64,000 bases of DNA from NCBI GenBank assembly GCA_050184455.1, contig JBFXAI010000019.1, positions 19,432-83,431 of the forward strand. Reading direction: 5' to 3'. The stretch is from Kofleriaceae bacterium. GTDB taxonomy: Bacteria > Myxococcota_A > Polyangia > Haliangiales > Haliangiaceae. The notes beneath the pieces are model-generated. The model was not told the origin of the DNA, did no database searches, and saw nothing but the letters and a program-made list of their open reading frames with translations. Of this stretch, positions 31,808 through 41,061 are shown piece after piece (positions within the stretch are counted from its first letter, which is position 1; the number at the start of each line of letters is the position of its first letter). The position numbers and the translations under genes are program-made.

Positions 31808-32740
31808 GTGTCAACAGCACGGATCTCCGGGCGTTTAGTCATCTGCGCGGCGGTCTTGATCGCCGGTGCGTGCGACAAGAACAACAAGCCGAGCGACACC
31901 GGCGCGATCAGCGCGATGGACCGGGCAGGGTCGGGTGACAGCCCTGGCACCGCTGCCGAGGGTCCCGTCGATTCGACGCCGCTGCCTGGCGTCGATGTCA
32001 GCAAGCTATCTGCCGACAAGCAGGCTACGTTCTACAAGTTTCTTGGCTCGCTCAAGTCACCGTGTGGCAAGGCGCATAGCCTTCGCACGTCGTTCACCTC
32101 GGACACGTCGTGCAAGCGCGCGCCGTTCGCCGTGAGCTTCGTGGTCGCGATGCTCGAGGACGAAGCCACCGACGCCGACGTGCGCGAGTTCTACAAGGGC
32201 CGCTACGAGACGCCGGGCGCCAAGGCGACGCTCGACCTGAGCAAGGCTCCGTACGTTGGAACCCCCGACGCTCCGGTCAAGCTGGTGGAGTTCTTCGACT
32301 ACGCATGTCCCGCCTGCCAACACGTGGCGCCGATCCTCGCCGAGGTCGCGACCAAGAGTGAGGGCAAGGTCGTCGAGTATTTCTTGATGTATCCGCTCGA
32401 GAAGATCCATCCCAACTCACGCAGCGCTGCGAAGGCGGCGCTGGCCGCTCAGCAGCAAGGCAAGTTCAAGCAGATGCACGAGCTGCTGTTCGCGAAGGCG
32501 CCGGCGCACACTGCGGCCGACGTCACAGGCTACGCGAAGGCGCTCGGTCTCGATGCGGCCAAGTTCGATGCCGATTACACGGCGGCAGAGGCCCATGTCG
32601 CATCCGACGTCAAGCAGGGCGAAGCGGCCAAGGTGGAGTCGACCCCGACGGTGTACCTCAATGGCATCAAGTACATGGGCCCGATGTCGGCCCGGTACCT
32701 GGAGATGGCGATCACCGAAGAGGTCGCGGTGAATCGATGA
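31808..32740 (+). CDS. DsbA-family thiol:disulfide oxidoreductase lipoprotein
   Basis: GTG 31808. Lipobox VLIAGAC. Thioredoxin-fold active site FFDYACPACQH. Confidence 0.75.
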   Translation: MSTARISGRLVICAAVLIAGACDKNNKPSDTGAISAMDRAGSGDSPGTAAEGPVDSTPLPGVDVSKLSADKQATFYKFLGSLKSPCGKAHSLRTSFTSDTSCKRAPFAVSFVVAMLEDEATDADVREFYKGRYETPGAKATLDLSKAPYVGTPDAPVKLVEFFDYACPACQHVAPILAEVATKSEGKVVEYFLMYPLEKIHPNSRSAAKAALAAQQQGKFKQMHELLFAKAPAHTAADVTGYAKALGLDAAKFDADYTAAEAHVASDVKQGEAAKVESTPTVYLNGIKYMGPMSARYLEMAITEEVAVNR

Positions 32741-33282
32741 CCGGATGCGGTCGTCACAGGGCCATGCTGCGGCCGTTTGCGTTGCTGATCGGCATGATGG
32801 TGTTGGCGCTGGCCGCCCCCGCGACGGCCGATGTTCTCAAGGTAGGAGACCGGCTGGTCGAGCTCGACACCGCGGTCGATGCGGCGGGCAAGCCGTTCAA
32901 GCTCAAGAAGCTCAAGGGCAAGTGGGTGGTGGTCACCGTTGGTGCCGAGTGGTGTAAGCCGTGCGCGAAGGAGCTCCCGGTGTGGGACAAGCTCGCCGGC
33001 GAATATGGCGCCAAGGTGGTGTTTGTCGCCGTCGACGTCGACGACCAGATCGAGGCCGGCAAGCGGTTTCACAAGAAGCTCAAGCTCAAGAACATGACGC
33101 TGGTGTACTTGCCGGTCGAAGGCTCGGCGGTCGTCGATCGCTACGGCGCGGCGACCATGCCGTCGTCGTTTCTCGCGGATCCCAACGGGGTCGTTCGCTA
33201 CGTCCGCGCTGGATTCGAATCCAAAGATCCGAGCGGCGAGTACAAGAAGTTCAAAGCGCAGCTCGACAAGCTCGTGAAGTAG
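32737..33282 (+). CDS. TlpA/ResA-like periplasmic thioredoxin (redoxin family)
   Basis: ATGA overlap with the upstream dsbA-like gene. Signal peptide. GKWVVVTVGAEWCKPCAKELP (WCxxC). Confidence 0.8.
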   Translation: MTGCGRHRAMLRPFALLIGMMVLALAAPATADVLKVGDRLVELDTAVDAAGKPFKLKKLKGKWVVVTVGAEWCKPCAKELPVWDKLAGEYGAKVVFVAVDVDDQIEAGKRFHKKLKLKNMTLVYLPVEGSAVVDRYGAATMPSSFLADPNGVVRYVRAGFESKDPSGEYKKFKAQLDKLVK

Positions 33283-33289
33283 CCGCTCG

Positions 33290-34198
33290 TTACGAGCTCG
33301 GCGCGGCCCTGGTCACCATCCACAGGTTGTAGCCGAGCGGCACGCCATCCATCGCTGCGTTGCTGTGGACGTAAAGGTGGCAGCCGTCGGCGGACAGCCA
33401 GGTCGGTGCCTCCTCTATGATCGGGTCGCTCAATCCCTGGACGGGCGATGCGGTGCCGAACCCATCTTGTGGTGTCGACCGCGACGCAATAAATACGTCG
33501 CCGCTGGTACCGACGACGCGGCGAAACGCGATTCGCCGTTCGTCCTGGGAGACCGCCGGGAAGTCTTCGTTTGCGACGCTGTTAACGTCCCCGACCACCG
33601 CAGAGAACTCGGATAACACGCCGTCGCTGGCGATGTTCGCGCGGAAGATGTCGCGCGCACCCAAGCCACCGCGCGAGCTCGACGCGAAGTACACCGCGCT
33701 GTCATTGGCGAACATTGGATGAATCTCGTTGTCCATCATCTCCGGCCGGATGCTCGGCGGTCCGAACGTCGCGGTGGTGACCGAGCGCTTGCTCGTCCAG
33801 ATTCGGTACGTGCCTGGAGTCATCCGATCGGTGTCGTACAGCAACACCAGCTCGCTCGGTGGCGATGACGGATTCAGGTCGCTACTGATCGAGTTCACCG
33901 TCGTGATCAGCTGAGGTTCGTCGAACGGATCCTCGATGCGTGCGCGCACCGCGAACCATAGGTCCGCGGTGCCCCCGGAATTGCGGCGCGCAAACATGAT
34001 GCGAAGCTCGTCGGGACTCAACCGTGCGGTCGACTCGTCCAGATCGCTATTGACGGTCGGGACCAGGACCGGCGCACCAAACGCAGCGTTCGGATCGCAA
34101 CGCGGTCCCGGCGCATCAGGAGTTGCATCGGGCATAGTGGGAGACGAGCCGCACCCCACCAGGGCAATGCCAAGGCCGAACCACCAGCGCATCGTCAT
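33290..34198 (-). CDS. lipoprotein with TolB/PD40-like beta-propeller repeats
   Basis: ATG 34198 (or 34192); ORF 33290..34321 trimmed. Lipobox IALVGC. Recurrent S.DE..(I/L).F.S.R..G..D(I/L)(W/F/Y) blocks (e.g. LSPDELRIMFARRNSGGTADLWF, SQDERRIAFRRVVGTSGDVFI). Confidence 0.55.
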   Translation of the reverse strand: MTMRWWFGLGIALVGCGSSPTMPDATPDAPGPRCDPNAAFGAPVLVPTVNSDLDESTARLSPDELRIMFARRNSGGTADLWFAVRARIEDPFDEPQLITTVNSISSDLNPSSPPSELVLLYDTDRMTPGTYRIWTSKRSVTTATFGPPSIRPEMMDNEIHPMFANDSAVYFASSSRGGLGARDIFRANIASDGVLSEFSAVVGDVNSVANEDFPAVSQDERRIAFRRVVGTSGDVFIASRSTPQDGFGTASPVQGLSDPIIEEAPTWLSADGCHLYVHSNAAMDGVPLGYNLWMVTRAAPSS

Positions 34199-34265
34199 AG
34201 TGTTTGACGGCCGGGAGCGTCGGTCAACTATAAGGGCACGCGAACAAGCTCGACGGGCCGCTTGG

Positions 34266-35357
34266 TTACATGCCCGCCTGGGCCTTGAGCTGCTCGGCCT
34301 GGTCGTGGGCGCGCAGCGCATCGATGATGTCGTCGAGGTTGCCGTCCATGATCGCCGGTAGGTTGTGCTTGGTGAGGCCGATACGATGGTCGGTTACGCG
34401 ATCCTGGGGAAAATTGTAGGTCCGGATCTTCTCGGACCGGTCGCCGGAGCCCACCATCGACTTACGCTGGGCTGCTTCGGCCGCCATCACGCGCTCGCGC
34501 TCGGCCTCGTAGATCTTCGAGCGCAATAGCTTCATCGCCTTCGCGCGGTTCTTGATCTGGGAGCGCTCGTCCTGGCACGCGACGACGACGCCGGTCGGGA
34601 GGTGGGTGATCCGCACGGCCGAATCCGTGGTGTTGACGTGCTGGCCGCCGGCGCCGCTCGACCGATAGGTATCGATCTTCAGATCCTTTTCGTTGATGTT
34701 GACGTCGACCTCTTCGACCTCGGGCAATACGGCCACCGTCGCTGCCGACGTGTGAATCCGGCCCTGGGCTTCGGTCGCCGGTACACGCTGTACGCGGTGG
34801 ACGCCGGACTCGAACTTCATCTTCGAGAACACATCCTTGCCGTCGACCAGGATGACGACTTCCTTGAACCCGCCGGCGGTGCCCTCCGAGAGCGACATCA
34901 CCTCGAGCTTCCAGCCCTGGCGCTCGGCGAATCGCGTGTACATCCGGTACAGATCGCCGGCAAACAGCGCGGCCTCGTCGCCACCGGTGCCGCCGCGGAT
35001 CTCGACGATCGCGTTCTTGCCGTCGCTAGGATCCTTGGGCAGCAGCAGGATCTTGATCGCTTGCTCGGCGGTCTCGCGCTGGCTCTCGAGCTCGGTGACC
35101 TCGGCGCGGGCGAGCTCGCGCAGCTCGGCGTCGGTCTCGGCTTCGACCATCTGGCGCGCCGATTCGAGATCGCCGCGGAGCTTCAAGTAGCTCTTCCACG
35201 CGCCGACCAGCGGCTCGAGATCCGCGTGCTCGCGCGACAGCTTCATGAACTCAGCGCGCTTGTTGATCACCTCGGCGGTGCCGAGCAGCGCGCTGACTTC
35301 TTCATGACGACGCTCGAGCGTCGTCATCTTGTCTCTAAAATTCGGAGCGTCGAACAT
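34266..35357 (-). CDS. prfA: peptide chain release factor 1
   Basis: GGQ motif ([23 protein letters not shown]) and RF1-specific PAT tripeptide (RVQRVPATE). Confidence 0.95.
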   Translation of the reverse strand: MFDAPNFRDKMTTLERRHEEVSALLGTAEVINKRAEFMKLSREHADLEPLVGAWKSYLKLRGDLESARQMVEAETDAELRELARAEVTELESQRETAEQAIKILLLPKDPSDGKNAIVEIRGGTGGDEAALFAGDLYRMYTRFAERQGWKLEVMSLSEGTAGGFKEVVILVDGKDVFSKMKFESGVHRVQRVPATEAQGRIHTSAATVAVLPEVEEVDVNINEKDLKIDTYRSSGAGGQHVNTTDSAVRITHLPTGVVVACQDERSQIKNRAKAMKLLRSKIYEAERERVMAAEAAQRKSMVGSGDRSEKIRTYNFPQDRVTDHRIGLTKHNLPAIMDGNLDDIIDALRAHDQAEQLKAQAGM

Positions 35358-35390
35358 GGGCTGCCCCGACGCGAACCTGGCGGAGTCGTC

Positions 35391-35597
35391 TTACGACTTC
35401 TTCGCGTACTTCTTGTTGAACCGATCGATCCGCCCCGCGGTATCGAGCAGCTTCTGCTTGCCCGTGAAGAACGGGTGGCACTGAGAGCAGATGTCGATAC
35501 CGAAGTCGCCTCGGGTCGAGAACGTCTCGTGGATCGCGCCGCACGCGCAGCTGATGCGGGCGGGACGGTAGTGGGGATGGTTCGCAGTGTCCTTCAT
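35391..35597 (-). CDS. rpmE: 50S ribosomal protein L31 (Zn-ribbon type)
   Basis: ATG 35597 within ORF 35391..36011. [20 protein letters not shown]...[15 protein letters not shown] is canonical L31 with CxC/CxxC. 68 aa. Confidence 0.92.
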   Translation of the reverse strand: MKDTANHPHYRPARISCACGAIHETFSTRGDFGIDICSQCHPFFTGKQKLLDTAGRIDRFNKKYAKKS

Positions 35598-35725
35598 CGA
35601 AAACCTCGTTACCCCGTTGCCGGGGGGCTCGGGTGAGCCCGTATCTATAGGGAGGACGAGCGACAAATGCAAGCTAGCCGGTCGTCGGGCACGCCGGCTA
35701 ACCCATTGATTCCGCGAGGCAGGCG

Positions 35726-36589
35726 CTACTTTCGGGTGCCGCCGAGCCGCGGGGGCGCTTTGTCTGGGTACAGCGGGAGCAGCTCGTGACCGATCCGCAA
35801 GTCCTTGACCGATCGGTACTTCGCGCCGAGGTCGAGGCTCACATAGATCTTGTTCGAGTCGAACACGCCGAAGCTGGTCGACACCACGATCTGCTCCGCG
35901 CCGACCTTCTCGAAGCCCTCGGGACACACGTCGTGGCCGTAGATCGCCATCGTGCCGTTGGTCGCCTTGAGAAATCGGCGAGCCTCGGCCTCGGTGGCTG
36001 ACCGCGCCCACAACACGCGGCCAACCACCGGCGTGTCGAGGACCTCGAGCGGGCTGGCGTATTGATCACCAGATAGGTCGGCGTCTTCGAGATCTTTGAC
36101 CGAGTCGATCTGTGCAGCAGGAGCGCCATGCGTGAACACGGCACCGCACTTGCTCACGGCGGCGAGCGCAAAGGTGTTGATGATCCCGCGCATCCGCGCA
36201 GTAGCGGCCGGTCCGAGAATCTGCTCGAGCAGCGCGACCTCATCGGCGGCAAACTTTGCGGTGTGCGGGCCGCCGACGTGACCATGCTCGTGGTTGCCGT
36301 ACAACGCGTGGACGCGACCTGGGTACTGCACGGTCAGCGCGGAGTACGCGAGCATCAGCTCACCAGAAGCGTCGCGGTAGTACTCGCCCAAGAAGTCCGG
36401 CCAATCCTCGGGATCGATGTGCGGGCCGTGAATCAGATCGCCGGTGAATAGCAGGTGCGCATCGCCGTTCTGCGTGGTCAGCGCCGCCTCGAACAGCTCG
36501 ACCATGCGCTTGAAGTCGCGCATGCAACCCTGAAGATCCGTGCACACGAGGAGCCGACCGTGGTCGGGTAGTCGCAGCACGCGGGCCAT
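35726..36589 (-). CDS. calcineurin-like metallophosphoesterase
   Basis: [29 protein letters not shown] and VFTHG motifs in canonical order. Confidence 0.75.
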   Translation of the reverse strand: MARVLRLPDHGRLLVCTDLQGCMRDFKRMVELFEAALTTQNGDAHLLFTGDLIHGPHIDPEDWPDFLGEYYRDASGELMLAYSALTVQYPGRVHALYGNHEHGHVGGPHTAKFAADEVALLEQILGPAATARMRGIINTFALAAVSKCGAVFTHGAPAAQIDSVKDLEDADLSGDQYASPLEVLDTPVVGRVLWARSATEAEARRFLKATNGTMAIYGHDVCPEGFEKVGAEQIVVSTSFGVFDSNKIYVSLDLGAKYRSVKDLRIGHELLPLYPDKAPPRLGGTRK

Positions 36590-36648
36590 GTGATCCCACG
36601 CTACCGGAACATGGATCGTCCCGATAGCAGGTGGGTTGGAGAATTGCG

Positions 36649-36939
36649 ATGTGGGACACTTTGTTGGTGAGGCGTGTCAGAGCAATCGTGACTGGCCGCG
36701 TGCAGGGCGTGTCGTATCGCGCGACCACGATGGACCAGGCGCAGCAGCTCGGCGTCACGGGTTGGGTGAAGAATCGCGCGGATGGATCGGTGGAGCTGGA
36801 GGCCGAAGGGCCCGACGACAAGATCAAGGCGTTGCTCGCATGGTGCGAGCAGGGGCCACCTATGGCTCGGGTAGCGAACGTCGCCGTCGAGGAGCTTGCC
36901 GTGACCGGGCAGGGTGTGGCGTTTCGGATCACGCGCTAA
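36649..36939 (+). CDS. acyP: acylphosphatase
   Basis: [18 protein letters not shown] ... [17 protein letters not shown] is the acylphosphatase signature. ATG 36649 chosen (ORF begins at 36631). Confidence 0.85.
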   Translation: MWDTLLVRRVRAIVTGRVQGVSYRATTMDQAQQLGVTGWVKNRADGSVELEAEGPDDKIKALLAWCEQGPPMARVANVAVEELAVTGQGVAFRITR

Positions 36940-37057
36940 CCGGATCTGGATCCGATCCTGCTCAGCTCAGCTCTCGGGTTCCGTATTCCTCTTGAGACGA
37001 ATCGCGAATAGCGATGCGGAACCTGAACGAGAATGACGTCAGCGGCCCGAGGCCAGA

Positions 37058-38779
37058 TCACTGCTCGAGCCCGAGCAGCTCCTGCGCTTCCGGATCCGGC
37101 GGCCTACACACCACGCGATCCACCTTCGCCATCTTTGCGTGGATCACATCACACACCGGCGTGAACGACGCCTTCTGGAATGCGCGCAGCGACGCTTGGT
37201 TGCCGGCGGCGATCAGCGCCCATGACCGATAGGTGTCGGTCTCGCGAAGCAGCTTGGTGATGTGCTCGAGCATGACCGGGCCAACGCCGCGGCCGCGGGC
37301 GGCGGGCGCGACAAACACGCTGTGAATGTAGGCGTCGTACTTCGACAGCTTCAGCGTTCGCCCGAGCTCGGGCGCTTCGATCGGACCGCGCGCAGCCCAT
37401 GCGATACCGGCGGGGCGAATCCCGAACATCGCGAGCACCGCGCGATCGCCGCGATGCCAGTGCTTTCGCGCGGTGGGCTCGTCGAGCGCGAGGTGCTCGG
37501 TGAGATCGGCGCGATGCGGCTCGTCGAGCTTGTCGTAGTCCGCTTCGCCAAACTCGGCGAGCGTCAGACCATGGGGAACCTCGATGCCGCGCGTCCACAG
37601 CTGGCCGCGATACAGGCAGTAGCGATCGTATTGCGCGACGCTCGCGGCGGCGCTGCGGATCTTGGTCCACGCCGCGCGCGCTTGAGCCGCAGCGACCGCC
37701 GGCGTTTCGCGTGCTCGACGGGCGCGTCGCGTGACGTGATGCACCGTCTTGCCGACGCTCGCCGTCGTCGACTGGCCCCAGATCCGCACCGCGAGCGCGG
37801 GCTGCTTGGACGCCGGCAGCGAGGGCAACGCATATTCGAGCGCGCCGGTGACGACGTCGAGTGCGACGCAGCCGCGAGCGCGGGCAGCGATCGCCTCGGC
37901 ATGGAGCAGGCGGGCAGGCGCCTTTGCCGCGACCTGCGGATCGACCGCCATCGCGAGCACGACCGCACGATCACCGTCATCGACGACCAGCGCGGCCGCA
38001 GCGGCTTCACCTTGCGAATCATCGAGGCGCGCCAGCCGAACCTTGCCCTGCTTACCGAGCTCGAGCGCGACCTCTTCGAGCAGCGCATTGGCTTCGGGAT
38101 CGGCGAGCGGCGATGGCTCGTCGCGCTCCGCCCACTCGAGCCGCGACAGCCGGCGCAGCGCCGAAAGCCCTTTGCGCAGTGCTGCGAGATCCTCGCCGTA
38201 GGTGGTCACCAGCCCGGTGCCATCGGTGGTCTCGGTGGGCGCGAGCGCGAGCGCGATCCGATTGGCGCCGCCCCCCGATGGCGAGCTCTCCACCGTGAAC
38301 CCTGCCGGGGTGAGCCGCTGCACCAGGTTGGCGCGGATCCGCGATGGATCGGCGAGCGGCTCGAGATCGAGCACATCCCAGGTCGGCGCTTCGTCGATCA
38401 ACTTGCGCGCGATCGCCGCGCCGCTACGATCCTCCCAACCTTGACGCGACAGCAGATCCAGCGATGGCGGGCGAGGCCCGGCGTCGCCGATCATCCGGAG
38501 CTCGTGCGAGTCGAGTAACGCGACCTTGACGGTGCGGCGGTAGAGCGGCGCCAGGCACACGATCGTGCCCGGCGCGACGTCTTTCTCGGCGTCGGTGGCG
38601 CGACCGACCAGCACGTGAAGCTCGGCGGCGAGCGTGTTGTGATACGCGTGCCACCACGGCAGCAGCCAGTCCGGACCGCGGAACAACGCGCTCGAGCCCG
38701 CTTGCGCCAACGAGCGCCACTCGGGCTCGATAGCGCGCAGCGCAGCCAACTCGCGCACCACGGAGACATCGATCGCCAT
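37058..38779 (-). CDS. two-domain GNAT acetyltransferase (CelD/FemAB-like Acetyltransf_6 N-domain + C-terminal GNAT)
   Basis: N-terminus LRAIEPEWRSLAQAGSSALFRGPDWLLPWWHAY is typical of CelD-like GNATs. C-terminus HSVFVAPAARGRGVGPVMLEH is the acetyl-CoA-binding Q/RxxGxG/A motif. Confidence 0.7.
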   Translation of the reverse strand: MAIDVSVVRELAALRAIEPEWRSLAQAGSSALFRGPDWLLPWWHAYHNTLAAELHVLVGRATDAEKDVAPGTIVCLAPLYRRTVKVALLDSHELRMIGDAGPRPPSLDLLSRQGWEDRSGAAIARKLIDEAPTWDVLDLEPLADPSRIRANLVQRLTPAGFTVESSPSGGGANRIALALAPTETTDGTGLVTTYGEDLAALRKGLSALRRLSRLEWAERDEPSPLADPEANALLEEVALELGKQGKVRLARLDDSQGEAAAAALVVDDGDRAVVLAMAVDPQVAAKAPARLLHAEAIAARARGCVALDVVTGALEYALPSLPASKQPALAVRIWGQSTTASVGKTVHHVTRRARRARETPAVAAAQARAAWTKIRSAAASVAQYDRYCLYRGQLWTRGIEVPHGLTLAEFGEADYDKLDEPHRADLTEHLALDEPTARKHWHRGDRAVLAMFGIRPAGIAWAARGPIEAPELGRTLKLSKYDAYIHSVFVAPAARGRGVGPVMLEHITKLLRETDTYRSWALIAAGNQASLRAFQKASFTPVCDVIHAKMAKVDRVVCRPPDPEAQELLGLEQ

Positions 38780-38882
38780 CGAGGTAATCCGACGTTATCA
38801 CGCGGACACCAACCGTGCCGGTGCGCGGCGGTCGTCCCGATCGCAGCCATGCGCGATTTCGCTCGCCCCCGCGAGCTCCCGG

Positions 38883-39686
38883 GTGGTACGCGAGCAGCGC
38901 ATGTCCCCGGTGCATCCCGGCACGTTCTCGATCCGCTGGACCATCATCGGTGCGGTCGCTGGGGTGGGTGCATGGTGGTTCTACGTGTGGTTGATGATCG
39001 GGTCGAGATTCGAGACCGAGGCGGCGCCGTACATCGCACACGCCGCTGCTGCCGCCACGATCGGTAGCCTGATGATGCGATTCCAGCCGCTACGGCCGAC
39101 TCGGGAGCCTGTCGCTGCCGCGGTGCTCGCGATCGGCTTGATGACGCTGGTGTTCATCGTCATTCCTCACTGGTTCACCTGGGTGGCGGACCGGTCGCCT
39201 CGGCCCTGGTTGGTCGTGCCGGCGATCGCAGCTCTGAGTGCAGCGAGCGCGTTTGGTGGTGGACTCGCCAGCCGTCGCACGCAGGTCACGACGCCTCACC
39301 TGGTGCCCATCCTGCTGTTGAGCGCGTTCCTCACGCTCGGGCTGCTGACCGTGCTCAGCAACGTCCTGCTCGGATTCACCGGCTCGTTCGACTTCGTCGC
39401 GCTCTGGTACGTGGTGTCCCCATTATCCGTACTCGTGGCTGGTTATCTCACGCAGCTCGTGACGCCGATCTATCGACCGTGGGCTTGCGGGGCCGGCTGG
39501 TTCTTCGCCTTCGGGATGGTGATGAAGCAGCGGTGGTCGGCAGCGCCGGGTGTCGAGCTGATCGACGCACCCTTGCTCGCGGTGACGACGATCGCGCTGT
39601 TGCTAGGTGCAGCAGGCGCGCGCGCCGCGCGTGGGCGGATCGATACGACCGGCATCACAGCCGTCCCGGTCGCTCGCATCGACTAG
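38883..39686 (+). CDS. polytopic membrane protein, unknown function
   Basis: 267-aa ORF with about 7 hydrophobic helices. I recognise no motif. The start could be the ATG at 38901. Confidence 0.5.
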   Translation: MVREQRMSPVHPGTFSIRWTIIGAVAGVGAWWFYVWLMIGSRFETEAAPYIAHAAAAATIGSLMMRFQPLRPTREPVAAAVLAIGLMTLVFIVIPHWFTWVADRSPRPWLVVPAIAALSAASAFGGGLASRRTQVTTPHLVPILLLSAFLTLGLLTVLSNVLLGFTGSFDFVALWYVVSPLSVLVAGYLTQLVTPIYRPWACGAGWFFAFGMVMKQRWSAAPGVELIDAPLLAVTTIALLLGAAGARAARGRIDTTGITAVPVARID

Positions 39687-39696
39687 CCGGCGGACG

Positions 39697-41061
39697 TCAG
39701 CTCGCGGATGCGCGCAGGACGTGCGCGAAGAAGCCATCCGTGCCGTGGCTGTGCGGCGCGACGATCATCGAGTGGCCATCGCCGAGCTGGGCGCCGCGTG
39801 TGCCGAGCACGTCGGTGATCGGCACCGATGTCAGCTCGCGATGGCTCGCCGTGAAGTTGTCGATGACGTCCTGGTTTTCGACGCGGAGCAGGGTGCAGGT
39901 CGCATAGACCACGCGGCCACCGGGTGCACATAGTGCGCGCGCGCCTTCGAGAATCTCGCGCTGTTTTGCCGCGAACGTCGCGAGGTCGGCTTCGCGCAGC
40001 CGCCACCGCGCCTCGGGGTTGCGGCGAAGCGCGCCGATGCCCGAGCACGGTGCGTCGACGAATACGACGTCCGCTTTACCGCGCAAGGCGTCGAGCGCGT
40101 CGGGCCATCGCCCGCCCTCGAGGTGGAGCGCCTGGGCGTTCGACACGGTCGCACGGCGCGCGCGGCGCTTGAGCTCGTCGAGCTTGCCCGCGTCGACATC
40201 GCTCGCGATCACGCGGCCACGATTGTTGAGCCGCGCGGAGATCGCCAGCGTCTTGCCGCCAGCACCGGCACATAGATCGATCACCAGCGGTTTTCCGTCG
40301 ATCCCAGCGATCGCGAGATCGGCGAGCAGCTGGCTGCCCTCATCTTGCGCTTCGAGGGCGCCACGCTTGAATGCGTCGAGCGAGAACAAGTTGGTGCGGC
40401 TCTCGAGATGCAGCGCGGTATCGCACCAGCTCCCGGGCGTGGTCGTCAGATCGGTCTTTGCGAGCTCGGCGGCGAGGGCATCTCGCGTGGTTACGAGGAG
40501 ATTCGCCCGCACGGTCATCGGTGCGCGGTGGTTCAACGCGAGCGCGAGCGGTTCTGCAGCGTCGCCCCAGTCGGCGACAAGCCGGTCTGCAAGCCAGTCC
40601 GGCAGCGATGCGGCCAGGGCGATCCTCGCCGACGGCCGGCGCTCGGTCGCGATGACCTGGTCGATCGTCGCGACCGCGCTCCAGTCGACGTCCGGTTCGA
40701 CGCGTGCTGCGCGCGCCGGCTCGAGCACACCTTCGAGCACCAGCAGCGCGAGCAGCCGTTCGAGATCGCGCGGCGCTCGCGTGCCCTTGGCTCCGCGTGC
40801 GGTCCGGCCACGTGCGAGCGCGGCATCGATCCGACGCAGATGCCGAACGATCCCGTACAGCGTCTCGCTCACGAACCGGCGTTCGTGCGAGCCGACCCAG
40901 GTCTCCTTGCGAAACGTCGTCGACAGCCGATCGGTGACGAACCCCCAGTCCATTCGGGTCCGCTGCCACAGCTCCAGCACGAGCGCGCGTAGTCGACCGC
41001 CGTCGGCTACGACGCTGGCGAGCTTCTTGTCGGCGATCCGATCGACCTCGGCTCTCACCAA
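39697..41061 (-). CDS. rsmB: 16S rRNA (cytosine-C5)-methyltransferase RsmB/Sun family
   Basis: SAM motif VIDLCAGAGGKTLA. Catalytic VFVDAPCSGIGALRRNPE and VYATCTL. NusB-like N-domain. Start overlaps the gdh stop by 7 nt. Confidence 0.85.
   Translation of the reverse strand: MVRAEVDRIADKKLASVVADGGRLRALVLELWQRTRMDWGFVTDRLSTTFRKETWVGSHERRFVSETLYGIVRHLRRIDAALARGRTARGAKGTRAPRDLERLLALLVLEGVLEPARAARVEPDVDWSAVATIDQVIATERRPSARIALAASLPDWLADRLVADWGDAAEPLALALNHRAPMTVRANLLVTTRDALAAELAKTDLTTTPGSWCDTALHLESRTNLFSLDAFKRGALEAQDEGSQLLADLAIAGIDGKPLVIDLCAGAGGKTLAISARLNNRGRVIASDVDAGKLDELKRRARRATVSNAQALHLEGGRWPDALDALRGKADVVFVDAPCSGIGALRRNPEARWRLREADLATFAAKQREILEGARALCAPGGRVVYATCTLLRVENQDVIDNFTASHRELTSVPITDVLGTRGAQLGDGHSMIVAPHSHGTDGFFAHVLRASAS

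Noticed and set aside
36940-37057. Lower-GC convergent spacer with GTTCCG...CGGAAC inverted repeat and a TGACGTCA palindrome
   Set aside because: The stems are short (6 bp, about 30-nt loop) and there are no flanking features. It is most simply the shared 3' region of two convergent genes, with not enough signal to call an RNA gene.
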